Assembly (NCBI GenBank): GCA_049513695.1
Contig: JBEKVW010000001.1
Coordinates: 1 to 50,885 of the forward strand
Origin: Dehalococcoidia bacterium
GTDB lineage: Bacteria > Chloroflexota > Dehalococcoidia > GIF9 > UBA5629
Length of the DNA: 50,885 nucleotides
Reading direction: 5' to 3'
Shown here: positions 28,494 through 37,389 of the stretch, in pieces
Numbering within the stretch: the first letter of the stretch is position 1
Layout of the letters: the number at the start of each line of letters is the position of its first letter
Translations under genes and position numbers: made by a program
Notes under the pieces: generated by a model
The model's database searches: none
Told to the model about the DNA's origin: nothing
The model's input: only the letters and a program-made list of their open reading frames with translations

Positions 28494-29885
28494 CTATGTG
28501 GCGGCGCCGACTTCCACGATCATATTATCGAATTTCGTCATTTCCTGTATGAACCTTAGCGGGACTTCACCCGTGGGTCCGTTGCGGTTTTTGGCGATGA
28601 TAATATGTGCAATCCCTTTGGGATATGGCTCCTGATCCCCGTATTCCCGCTGCCAGTCTGCCTCGGTAGGGTAAATTTTGTCCCAGCGATGTATGAACAG
28701 GACGACGTCGGCATCCTGCTCAATGCTGCCACTGTCCCTCAGGTCGGATAGCTGCGGCTTTACCTGCTGCTTTAACCTCTTGCCCTCCTGGCGATGCTCA
28801 ATATTGCGGCTTAACTGAGACAAAGCCAGCACGGGAGCGTCGATCTCCCTGGCAAGAGCCTTGAGCGACTGCGTGATCTCGGTGATTTCCTGCACGCGAT
28901 TGTCATTGCGGGAATCGCCGCGAACCAGCTGTATGTAGTCGAGGATCACCATATCGACATTACGCTTGAGATGCAGCCTTTTAGCCTTGCTGCGGATTTC
29001 GCTGATGCGCATATTGGGCGTGTCGTCGATATATATGGAAGTATCGGCAAGCCGGGGGATAATATCACGATGCAGCAGTTTCTCTTCCAGGTCGGAAAAC
29101 CGCCCCTTGCGGAAATGTTGCGATTCGATATTAGCTTCGCTGGAGAGCATCCTCTGTATAATTTCACGGCGTGACATTTCCAGGCTGAATATTGCGATGC
29201 AGGCTTTCTGATTGATAGCCGCATTGCGGGCTATATTCAAAGCTAAACTGGTCTTACCGATGCTGGTCCTGGCAGCCAGGATAACCAGCTCGGAACGCTG
29301 AAGCCCGCCCAGCGCATTGTCTATAGCATTGAACCCGGTCCTCAAGCTCTGGATATCTTTCTCGTAGGTGGTCTTGCCTGCCTCTTCAAAATAAGTGTTC
29401 AAGGCGTCTTGAATAGGCACGAATTCGCCTCGGCCCTGCTTGTTCCTGAGCTTAAAAATAATGTCTTCGCACCTGGTTAAAGCAAGGTCAACATCCGGAT
29501 CAGCTTTATAACCGATGGATTCAATCTGCCCGGCCGCGCTTATCAGGCGCCGCATAGTTGAGAGCCTGAATACGATCTGAGCGTAGTGCTTCACATGCAG
29601 TGAGGTCGGCACTATGGAAACCAGGTGGCTCAGATAAGAAGCCCCTCCGATCTCATCGAGCTTGCCGTGACGCACCAGTTCCTGCGCTACCGTTATCTGG
29701 TTGATAGCCTCGTCGCGCAGGAATAGGTTATGGCAGGCGTTATAAACGAGCTGGTTTTGTTCGCTGAAAAAGTCCTCGGTGCCAACGATGGTATCGATCT
29801 CCGTGATAGCTTCGCTATCTATGAGAAGCGATCCCAGGACTGCTTCTTCAGCATCCAGATCATAAGGAGGAAGTGTCTCTTTCAT
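28494..29885 (-). CDS. dnaB: Replicative DNA helicase DnaB
   Basis: 463 aa. PPYDLDAEEAVLGSLL, Walker A AARTSIGKTS, ILDYIQL and ALSQLSR. Confidence 0.96.
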   Translation of the reverse strand: MKETLPPYDLDAEEAVLGSLLIDSEAITEIDTIVGTEDFFSEQNQLVYNACHNLFLRDEAINQITVAQELVRHGKLDEIGGASYLSHLVSIVPTSLHVKHYAQIVFRLSTMRRLISAAGQIESIGYKADPDVDLALTRCEDIIFKLRNKQGRGEFVPIQDALNTYFEEAGKTTYEKDIQSLRTGFNAIDNALGGLQRSELVILAARTSIGKTSLALNIARNAAINQKACIAIFSLEMSRREIIQRMLSSEANIESQHFRKGRFSDLEEKLLHRDIIPRLADTSIYIDDTPNMRISEIRSKAKRLHLKRNVDMVILDYIQLVRGDSRNDNRVQEITEITQSLKALAREIDAPVLALSQLSRNIEHRQEGKRLKQQVKPQLSDLRDSGSIEQDADVVLFIHRWDKIYPTEADWQREYGDQEPYPKGIAHIIIAKNRNGPTGEVPLRFIQEMTKFDNMIVEVGAAT

Positions 29886-29895
29886 TTAACTCCGG

Positions 29896-30342
29896 TTATT
29901 CCTCTTCAATTATAACCGTTATTTTAGCAACGGCGTCTTGGGAGAAAACAACTTCGACTTCATGGCTTCCAACTTTATGTAATGTAGTTTTAAGTGCCAC
30001 CTTTTTCCGGTCGATTTCGACGTTTACGAGCTTGGACAACTTTTCGGCAATATCGGCGCTGGTAATAGAGCCGTGCAGAGTGCCCTTGGCGCTGGCCTTA
30101 CCTTTGAAATGCAATTCCTGGCCGTTAATTTGTCCGGCAAGTGCTACATATTCATCGTGCTGCCGCACCCGCTTTCTCTCGCGCTGTTCGGCTATCTTCT
30201 GCGCCGCTTTTACAGAGCCGGGCGTTGCCGGCATGGCAAGTCCCCTCGGCAAAAGGAAATTCCTTGCGTAGCCATCGGATACCTCTTTAATATCGCCCTT
30301 TTTCTCCTTGGCCGACACATCTTCAATAAATACGACTTTCAT
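29896..30342 (-). CDS. rplI: 50S ribosomal protein L9
   Basis: 148 aa. Begins MKVVFIEDV...[21 protein letters not shown]. Confidence 0.95.
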   Translation of the reverse strand: MKVVFIEDVSAKEKKGDIKEVSDGYARNFLLPRGLAMPATPGSVKAAQKIAEQRERKRVRQHDEYVALAGQINGQELHFKGKASAKGTLHGSITSADIAEKLSKLVNVEIDRKKVALKTTLHKVGSHEVEVVFSQDAVAKITVIIEEE

Positions 30343-30697
30343 GACTTGAAATCAAACTCCTTTATTTATTGTTGCTTTTGGTATTTGGGTTAATATTATA
30401 CCTAAATCGCCCTTTTGATTACGTCGTTTTCGATGAAATTAAACTCAGATGCTGCCCAAGTTTATTACCGTTTGCGACTCTTGTGGAAGGTTACCAGTGG
30501 TAGAAACCGGTTGGCGTCAGGTGGATCATCATAGTATTCTAACTTCCAAACCTTGCTTGCTTCCCTTCGGCCAACAGTTTAAATCGTTTTTATGCTTATA
30601 GTCAAGGTCAGGCACAGTCTTATATAAGCTAACGTTCACACTCGTTTACAATATATCTTTTACCTTTAATTAACATATCAAAAATACGTTCATTTGC

Positions 30698-30726
30698 TTG
30701 ACATTAAACGTATCTCAACATATAAT
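30698..30726 (+). promoter_or_regulatory. Predicted consensus sigma70 promoter of yceD-rpmF
   Basis: TTGACA (30698-30703), a 17-nt spacer, then TATAAT (30721-30726). This is 29 nt upstream of the ATG at 30756. Confidence 0.65.
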
Positions 30727-30755
30727 GAGCCAAATTTGTATTCGTACCTACTATT

Positions 30756-31265
30756 ATGCAAATTAATGTTGCACAGCTTCTTAAGGAGCCGGTAGGAGCA
30801 AAGCGCAACTATAAAGTTGATGAACGGGCCGGCGAAAATAATGATACCCATGTAGCTGGTGTTATCGATCTTACACGCACCAGCAGCGGCATTCTGGTTA
30901 CCGGCAAGCTGACAGCTCAAATTAAAGGGCTTTGCTCCAGGTGCCTTTGCCCGGCGGGTACAACTATTAAATTTAAAATGGAGGATGAGTTTTTCCCCGT
31001 TATCGATATTAATTCAGGATCACATCAGGATGTAGCCGCCGACGAATTTACCATCGACCAGAACCACATCCTTGATCTGGATGAGGCTATCAGGCAATAT
31101 ATCATAATGGCAACCCCGACTAAACTGCTCTGCAAGCCGGATTGTCCGGGCATTTGCCCGGTTTGCGGCCAGGAATTCGCAAAAGGCGATTGCAAGCATA
31201 GAAATAAACCTTACGACCATCGTTGGGATAAGTTAGTACAGCTAGAAAAGGAGAGCAAAGTCTAA
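30756..31265 (+). CDS. yceD: YceD/DUF177 family protein (23S rRNA accumulation protein)
   Basis: 169 aa. CSRCL...CKPDCPGICPVCG motifs. Its stop overlaps the rpmF start (TAATG). Confidence 0.85.
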   Translation: MQINVAQLLKEPVGAKRNYKVDERAGENNDTHVAGVIDLTRTSSGILVTGKLTAQIKGLCSRCLCPAGTTIKFKMEDEFFPVIDINSGSHQDVAADEFTIDQNHILDLDEAIRQYIIMATPTKLLCKPDCPGICPVCGQEFAKGDCKHRNKPYDHRWDKLVQLEKESKV

Positions 31266-31465
31266 TGGCACCACTTCCAAAGAAAAAATACCCCAAAGCG
31301 CGTCAGGGTAAGAGGCGCAGTCATTTGGCAAAGAGCCCCGCGGCGACGATCGAATGCTCGCGCTGCCACAGCTTGAAATTATCTCACCAGGTATGTCCAA
31401 CCTGCGGAACATACGACGGCAGGGAAGTCATCGAAATAAAAAGCGCTAAAAAGAAGAAGAAATAA
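31265..31465 (+). CDS. rpmF: 50S ribosomal protein L32 (zinc-ribbon form)
   Basis: 66 aa. Begins MAPLPKKKYPKARQGKRRSH and has CSRCH...CPTCG. Confidence 0.93.
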   Translation: MAPLPKKKYPKARQGKRRSHLAKSPAATIECSRCHSLKLSHQVCPTCGTYDGREVIEIKSAKKKKK

Positions 31466-31512
31466 CTACGCTTAATTATTATGCTGATCAGGCGTTTCAA
31501 GGAGGGAAGTAA

Positions 31513-32463
31513 ATGGTCGAGGAAGTAAAAGTTGCCTATGTGTTTCCGGGCCAGGAATCCAGACAGGTCGGCATGGGACTGGACCTTTACGTCCACTATA
31601 ACGCAGCCAGGGAAGTTTTCGACGAGGTAGATAAGGCGCTTGGTTTTCCTCTATCACGCCTTTGCTTTGAGGGGCCGGAGGAAGATCTCGCTCAAACGAT
31701 CAACGCTCAATCGGCCGTGCTGGCCGTTGATGTCGCCTGCCTGAGGGCGGCGGAGAATATCCCCGATTTTACTTTACCCGCTGCGACCATGGTAGCAGGC
31801 CACGGCGCCGGCGAATATGCTGCCCTGGTGGCAGCCGGAATCATGAAGCTGGGCGATGCAGTCCGCTTGATCCGTGAGCGTGGCAGGTTGATGAACGAAG
31901 CCGGCCGCCGCAGGCCGGGCGGCATGCTGACTATAATGGATATCGAAAGAGATATTATAGAGGGGATATGCATTACCACAGGCGTTGAGATCGCAAACAT
32001 CAACTCCCCGGACAATATCGTAGTCGCTGGCGACGAACAGAAGCTGGCCAAAGCCAGGAGGCTGGCACAGGTCAAAGGTGCAAGGCGGATGGTACCGGTT
32101 AAAGTCAGCGGGGCCTTTCACTCCTCCCTGATGGAACCGGCATTGGAAGGCATGATTAATGCAGTTTCACAGTTTAAATTCGAAGCGCCCACTATCCCGG
32201 TGGTAGCCAATGTCACGGCACAACCCATGAATATAGTTGAGGCGATCAAAGAAGAGTTGATAAGCCAGATTGCTCATTGCGTCAAATGGCAGCAAAGTAT
32301 AGAAGCCATGCTGGCCAGGGGCATTACAACATTTTTTGAAGTGGGGCCCGGTGACGTATTAACCAAATATATTAAGAACATTAGCCCGGGCGCCCTTACC
32401 TTTAATATAAGCAACGCCCAGACTACCAGCGAAATAATTAGATGGCGAAAGGGTGGTAGATAG
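31513..32463 (+). CDS. Malonyl-CoA:ACP transacylase (FabD) homologue with the nucleophile-elbow Ser replaced by Gly
   Basis: 316 aa with FabD-fold motifs YVFPGQ, VRLIRERGRLM, VSGAFHS and VKWQQS. The GHSxGE elbow reads GHGAGE (codon GGC at 31804-31806). Confidence 0.85.
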   Translation: MVEEVKVAYVFPGQESRQVGMGLDLYVHYNAAREVFDEVDKALGFPLSRLCFEGPEEDLAQTINAQSAVLAVDVACLRAAENIPDFTLPAATMVAGHGAGEYAALVAAGIMKLGDAVRLIRERGRLMNEAGRRRPGGMLTIMDIERDIIEGICITTGVEIANINSPDNIVVAGDEQKLAKARRLAQVKGARRMVPVKVSGAFHSSLMEPALEGMINAVSQFKFEAPTIPVVANVTAQPMNIVEAIKEELISQIAHCVKWQQSIEAMLARGITTFFEVGPGDVLTKYIKNISPGALTFNISNAQTTSEIIRWRKGGR

Positions 32464-32510
32464 CCAAAGGCTCAACTCCTGAGCTATCTTCAATTCGTTC
32501 CGGTAATCTT

Positions 32511-32924
32511 ATGTCCAGGGGTCTACGGCATCGCGCAAGGGTCATCGCCCTGCAAGCACTTTTCGAACTAGAATTCGCGGCCAATAGCCCCGACGATATA
32601 CTGAAACGTACAGTCAAGGAGCAGGAATTTAAAGGTGAGGCCGCTGACTTTTCCGCTCTTCTCTTACACGGCGTAATCGATAACAAGCAGTTGCTGGATA
32701 GCACTATTGCCCGCTATGCCCCCACGTTCCCCGTAGATCAACTAGCTCCCATGGACCGCAATATCCTGCGGCTGGCCCTCTTCGAGATCCTGATAAATAA
32801 AAAGACGCCTCCCAAAGTGGCAATTAACGAGGCGGTGGAGCTGGCCAAGGAGTTCGGCGCCGACACTTCGCCTAAATTCGTAAACGGCGTGTTGGGTTCA
32901 GCTATTTCAGAATTGCCGAAATAG
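32511..32924 (+). CDS. nusB: Transcription antitermination factor NusB
   Basis: 137 aa. RHRARVIALQALFE, DRNILRLALFEIL, INEAVELAK and KFVNGVL. Confidence 0.92.
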   Translation: MSRGLRHRARVIALQALFELEFAANSPDDILKRTVKEQEFKGEAADFSALLLHGVIDNKQLLDSTIARYAPTFPVDQLAPMDRNILRLALFEILINKKTPPKVAINEAVELAKEFGADTSPKFVNGVLGSAISELPK

Positions 32925-32983
32925 CGAAAAAAATAGATTGATAGATACGCATTGCACATCGTATAATTTATCCGAGGGGTCAG

Positions 32984-33241
32984 TTGTCCAAAATATTCGA
33001 TAGTATCAAGAAAATACTTGTTGACGAACTGGGAGTAGATGAGACGGCTATCATCCCCTCCGCTTCCTTTATTGACGATCTGAATATGGACCCCGATGAT
33101 CTGGCCGAGTTTTTTACTACCATAGAAGATAATTTCAGCAAGCAGGGCAACGGCCTGGAAATACCTGAGGAAGATTCAGACAACATCGTAACAGTGCAAA
33201 ACCTGGTGGATTATCTGCTGGAAGCCGGGATCGACGACTGA
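32984..33241 (+). CDS. Acyl carrier protein homologue lacking the phosphopantetheine-attachment Ser
   Basis: 85 aa, TTG start with GAGGGG 4 nt upstream. ACP helix pattern: IKKILVDELGVDETAIIPSASFIDDLNMDPDDLAEFF...IPEEDSDNIVTVQNLVDYL. The DSL motif reads DPD (CCC at 33092-33094). Confidence 0.75.
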   Translation: MSKIFDSIKKILVDELGVDETAIIPSASFIDDLNMDPDDLAEFFTTIEDNFSKQGNGLEIPEEDSDNIVTVQNLVDYLLEAGIDD

Positions 33242-33247
33242 TATCTG

Positions 33248-36200
33248 TTAATTCAACTGCGGTGCTGCAGCAGCGCCCATTTGCTCAAGCAGCGATTTCA
33301 GAATTGTCCGCCAATTTTCTCCCGCTATATCCGCATCGATCTTAATTTGCCTGTTTCCGATTTTGAGAGCCCTGTTTCTGGCTACATATGAGAGCCGGCC
33401 GTCGGCCACGGCCTGATCATTGAATGAAACGGTAATAATATCCTCGTTCATACTCACGGATTCTACACCGGCGCGCATGGCGGCCTGTTTGAGTTCAGCA
33501 ATATATAACAGGTTCGCGACCTCTTCCGGCTGTTCGCCGAATCTGTCGACCATCTCTTCACCGATATCACGGACGGTATCCGGCGAGGTTGTTTGCGCCA
33601 GCCGTTGATAGATATTAAACCTGGTGCGTGTCTCACCAATGTAGTCCTGGGGGATGTAAGCCGGCAGCGCCAGCTCGATCGATACGGTCGCTTCCTCTGC
33701 TTTCTTCACTACCTCACGCCCCTCTCTCTTGGCTTTGATTTCTTCGACCGCCTCGGCTAAAAGCTGGCTGTAGTAGTTAAATCCAACAGCCGCAATGTTG
33801 CCGCTTTGCTCTACACCCAACAAGTTGCCCGCACCCCTTATTTCAAGGTCCTTCATAGCTATGGCAAAGCCCGCCCCGAGTTCAGTGGCGCGGGCAATCG
33901 TTTTCAAGCGCTCCCTGGCCTGCTCGGACATCATTCTGGATGAATCGAATAAAAAGTAGGCGCTGGCTGCATTAGCGCCCCTGCCTACCCTGCCGCGCAA
34001 TTGGTAAAGCTGTGTCAACCCCATCTTATCGGCGCTGTCCACAATCAGGGTATTTACATTGGGCATATCCAAACCGGATTCGATGATAGTCGTGGTAACA
34101 AGAACATCGCTTTTGCCCTCCACAAAATCACTCATTACATTTTGGAGTTTTTCTTCGTCCATCTGCCCGTGTGCCACGGAAACCCTGGCTTCGGGCACCA
34201 GCACAGCTATCCTGGCGGCCACATCATTGATGCTTTGCACCCGGTTATGTACCAGAAATATCTGGCCGTCACGTTCCAGTTCACGCAGCACGACTTCACG
34301 AACCAACCTATCATTGAACTCGCCAGCATAAATATTTACCGGCATACGGTTTTCGGGCGGCGTCTCAATCGTACTCATATCGCGGATGCCCGACAGCGCC
34401 ATGTGCATGGTGCGGGGGATAGGAGTGGCACTGAGGGTCAGTACGTCCACAGACTGCCTCATCTTCTTGAAATGTTCTTTATGAGCGACGCCGAAGCGCT
34501 GTTCTTCATCGATAATAACCAGGCCCAGGTCTTTGAAAACAACATCCTTCTGCAACAGCCTGTGCGTCCCTATACATATATCTATTGCCCCTTCTTTGAT
34601 TCCTTCAACGACATCCATTTGTTCCCGGTGAGTGCAAAAACGGCTCAGCGCAGCCAATTTGACGGGGAAAGCCTTCAACCTTTCGATGAAGGTATTTAAA
34701 TGCTGTTGCGCCAGAATGGTGGTCGGTACAAGGACAGCAACCTGTTTGCCATCCATTACCGCCTTGAAGGCAGCCCGTACAGCTACCTCGGTCTTGCCAT
34801 AGCCCACGTCACCGCATACCAGACGATCCATAGGTCTCAAAGACTCCATATCAGCCTTAACCGCCTTCAGAGCATCGATCTGGTCGGCCGTCTCAATATA
34901 GGGGAAAGATGCTTCAAGTTCCTGCTGCCAAAGCGTGTCGGGCGAAAATTTCAACCCGCCTCCCGCTTCCCTGGTGGCATAAAGTTCAATCAGTTCGCCA
35001 GCTATATCAGCAACCGATTCCTTGACCTTCTGGCGGGCCCGGTTCCATTCCTGCGACCCGAGTCGGCTAAGAGACGGGGCCCGTTCTCCCCCACCTATAT
35101 ATAGGCTCACACGCGCCACCTGATCAACCGGAACGTAAAGTGTGTCACCACCGGCATATTCAAGCATCAGGTATTCTTTCTCAACGCCAGAGCTGACCAT
35201 CATGGTTACACCCGCAAATCTTCCGATCCCATGTTCGATATGAACGACCATGTCTCCCACGTTAATATCATTCAGGAACAGGTGGTGTGATACGGGACGA
35301 GATTTAACCGCCCTGCGCTGCTTTACGATCCCGAACAGCTCCCTGTCGGTCATCAGGAGAAGCTCATTGTCGAGCTGCCAGCCTCCCCCGAGGGACCCAT
35401 GTATAAGTGTTAGCGAACCTGCCTGCGGCGTCTCTGCAAGATAGATTGCAGGAGCAACCTCTATATTATGCTCGACAAGAAGCTCTTTCAGCCGGTCTGA
35501 CTGCTGGCTTACAATGATAACCCTCTTACTTTCACGTCTTAAATCGTATAAGCGTTCTGCAAAAGCAGAGAATCTGGCCACAAAATCAGGTGCAGGTTTA
35601 AATGGAAGATCGTAATCTTTACCACTCAATTCGGCATCATCCCAGGCGCTAAGCCGGATGACCCGGTTAAGGGCTTCTATCCTGGCCGCTATCTCCTCCC
35701 AGACAAAATAGGCTGCCGCCCCACCGGTTTCGCCACTCTCATAATCGTCGGAGGACTTTAAATCGCGGGCTTCTTCTTCAATTTTCCTTATCTCTTCTTC
35801 AATCTGCTGAGGATCGTCTAGAATCAAAATGGCCTTTTCGGGCAGATAATCCAGGATATTGGCGCTACCTGTTGCAGAAACATCCTGTGAAGGCAATATA
35901 GTTACCGATGCAAGTTGCGCCTGCGAGCGCTGCGTCCTCGGATCGAATTCTCTGATGCTGTCCACTTCATCGCCGAAAAGCTCGATGCGCACCGGCAGTT
36001 CACGGCCTGCAGGGTAGACATCCACAATGCCACCCCGTTTTAAAAAAGTGCCCGGTATCTCTACCACTTCTTCATACTTGTAGCCAATGGACTGCAGGCG
36101 TTTAAGTAACTCTGCCTGGTGTATATGGCTGCCCTTTTCCAACTCAAGGTGCCCTGATTGAATCTCGTCTTTTCCGGCAGACCTGCCGGCCAGCGCCAAT

Positions 36201-36598
36201 GCGCTGGTAACTACAAATGGGCGCTTGTTATTATAGCCCCCATTATCATAACCAGAAAGAAGTGCTAATACTTTCATGCGGTCCGAAGTTATTACGGGAT
36301 CTGAGGCAGACGTCCCGCCCAGCAAATCAATTTCAGGGAAAAAGCTCGCAACACTCTCAGGCGGCATCCAGAGCTTCACCTGTTCGCAGATCCTGGCCGC
36401 CGAATCGGGATGGGCAGTAACCAGCAACACAGGTATGCCAAGCGTGGTGTAAATTGAAGCAGCAAAATAGCTGTATGCCGGCTCGGGCAGGTGCAGGTTG
36501 AGGCTGCTCGGCGCATCTTTTTGCAAACGATCCGAGATCCGCTTGAACTCCGGCAGCTTTTGAATTACATCGCTTAAGTAAAATAAGTTCATAGTCAA
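33248..36598 (-). CDS. mfd: Transcription-repair coupling factor Mfd
   Basis: 1116 aa (TTG at 36598; the ATG at 36592 is equally possible). CarD-like region, helicase motifs GDVGYGKTEVA and DEEQRFGV, and the TRG region LRGRVGR. Confidence 0.95.
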   Translation of the reverse strand: MTMNLFYLSDVIQKLPEFKRISDRLQKDAPSSLNLHLPEPAYSYFAASIYTTLGIPVLLVTAHPDSAARICEQVKLWMPPESVASFFPEIDLLGGTSASDPVITSDRMKVLALLSGYDNGGYNNKRPFVVTSALALAGRSAGKDEIQSGHLELEKGSHIHQAELLKRLQSIGYKYEEVVEIPGTFLKRGGIVDVYPAGRELPVRIELFGDEVDSIREFDPRTQRSQAQLASVTILPSQDVSATGSANILDYLPEKAILILDDPQQIEEEIRKIEEEARDLKSSDDYESGETGGAAAYFVWEEIAARIEALNRVIRLSAWDDAELSGKDYDLPFKPAPDFVARFSAFAERLYDLRRESKRVIIVSQQSDRLKELLVEHNIEVAPAIYLAETPQAGSLTLIHGSLGGGWQLDNELLLMTDRELFGIVKQRRAVKSRPVSHHLFLNDINVGDMVVHIEHGIGRFAGVTMMVSSGVEKEYLMLEYAGGDTLYVPVDQVARVSLYIGGGERAPSLSRLGSQEWNRARQKVKESVADIAGELIELYATREAGGGLKFSPDTLWQQELEASFPYIETADQIDALKAVKADMESLRPMDRLVCGDVGYGKTEVAVRAAFKAVMDGKQVAVLVPTTILAQQHLNTFIERLKAFPVKLAALSRFCTHREQMDVVEGIKEGAIDICIGTHRLLQKDVVFKDLGLVIIDEEQRFGVAHKEHFKKMRQSVDVLTLSATPIPRTMHMALSGIRDMSTIETPPENRMPVNIYAGEFNDRLVREVVLRELERDGQIFLVHNRVQSINDVAARIAVLVPEARVSVAHGQMDEEKLQNVMSDFVEGKSDVLVTTTIIESGLDMPNVNTLIVDSADKMGLTQLYQLRGRVGRGANAASAYFLFDSSRMMSEQARERLKTIARATELGAGFAIAMKDLEIRGAGNLLGVEQSGNIAAVGFNYYSQLLAEAVEEIKAKREGREVVKKAEEATVSIELALPAYIPQDYIGETRTRFNIYQRLAQTTSPDTVRDIGEEMVDRFGEQPEEVANLLYIAELKQAAMRAGVESVSMNEDIITVSFNDQAVADGRLSYVARNRALKIGNRQIKIDADIAGENWRTILKSLLEQMGAAAAPQLN

Positions 36599-36775
36599 AC
36601 ACGTACGGGGCTGTTCCCAAACGGGACAGCCCTCGATACGATTTTAGCATAGCTCTTTCAGGGCAACAAAGGGAGAAAAGACCGTCTTTTTCTGCGTGCC
36701 GGTTTGAGTTAAAACACGGATTCGTATATTATTTGCTGGACTCGGCATGCATTTTCAGGAATAAAAGAAGGTTCG

Positions 36776-37285
36776 ATGAACTTTTCAGATAAAGGTATAA
36801 AAGAAGCGAGACTCCGCGACGGTTTAAAACTTCTCATCAGCCTTACCGTCTGCATAGGCGCCGGGCTGATAGGGTCTATTTTCTCGGGTGGATCGATCCC
36901 CACCTGGTATTCGCTGCTGCAAAAGCCATCCTTCACACCTCCCTCCTGGTTATTCGCTCCTGTCTGGTTCCTTCTGTATATACTTATGGGAGTTTCTGTA
37001 TTCCTTATCTGGCGCAGAGGTTTCCGACAGTTCCAGGTCAGGGAAAGCATAATTATCTTCACGGTCCAATTATTTCTGAATGCCCTGTGGTCTTACGCCT
37101 TCTTCGGCTTAAAATCACCCTTGATAGGACTTCTGGTGATTGTGCCGTTATGGACAGCCATCCTCCTGACCATACTTAATTTCTACAAGGTCTCAAAAAC
37201 TGCGTCGTTGCTGCTGATGCCCTATATACTATGGGTAAGTTACGCTACCGTGCTCAACTTCGCAATCTATCTGCTGAATCCCTGA
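36776..37285 (+). CDS. tspO: TspO/MBR family tryptophan-rich sensory protein
   Basis: 169 aa, five TM helices. WYSLLQKPSFTPPSWLFAPVWFLLYILMG and NALWSYAFFGLKSP. Confidence 0.88.
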   Translation: MNFSDKGIKEARLRDGLKLLISLTVCIGAGLIGSIFSGGSIPTWYSLLQKPSFTPPSWLFAPVWFLLYILMGVSVFLIWRRGFRQFQVRESIIIFTVQLFLNALWSYAFFGLKSPLIGLLVIVPLWTAILLTILNFYKVSKTASLLLMPYILWVSYATVLNFAIYLLNP

Positions 37286-37389
37286 TATGAGGGAGCGGCC
37301 TCTCATGAAAACGTGTGTGCAGTTATATTTAAAAAAATGGGGTCGTTAGCTATGGGTACTGCACTTATCTTACGGGCAAAGATGTTTAG

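Noticed and set aside
30551-30572. An SRP (4.5S) RNA-like motif on the minus strand: GGCCGAAGGGAAGCAAGCAAGG resembles the GGAAGCAGCCAAGG 3' side of SRP helix 8.
   Set aside because: The loop would be GAAG, which is not GNRA. The 5' strand lacks the conserved (C)AGG symmetric-loop nucleotides (here UGUUG). The flanks do not form helix 5. It is probably a chance resemblance. An Infernal scan would settle it.
30343-30755. A possible replication origin or DnaA-box cluster next to the dnaB operon.
   Set aside because: I found only a partial GTGGATCA and no TTATCCACA-type boxes or AT-rich 13-mers in an array. dnaA and dnaN are not in the window.
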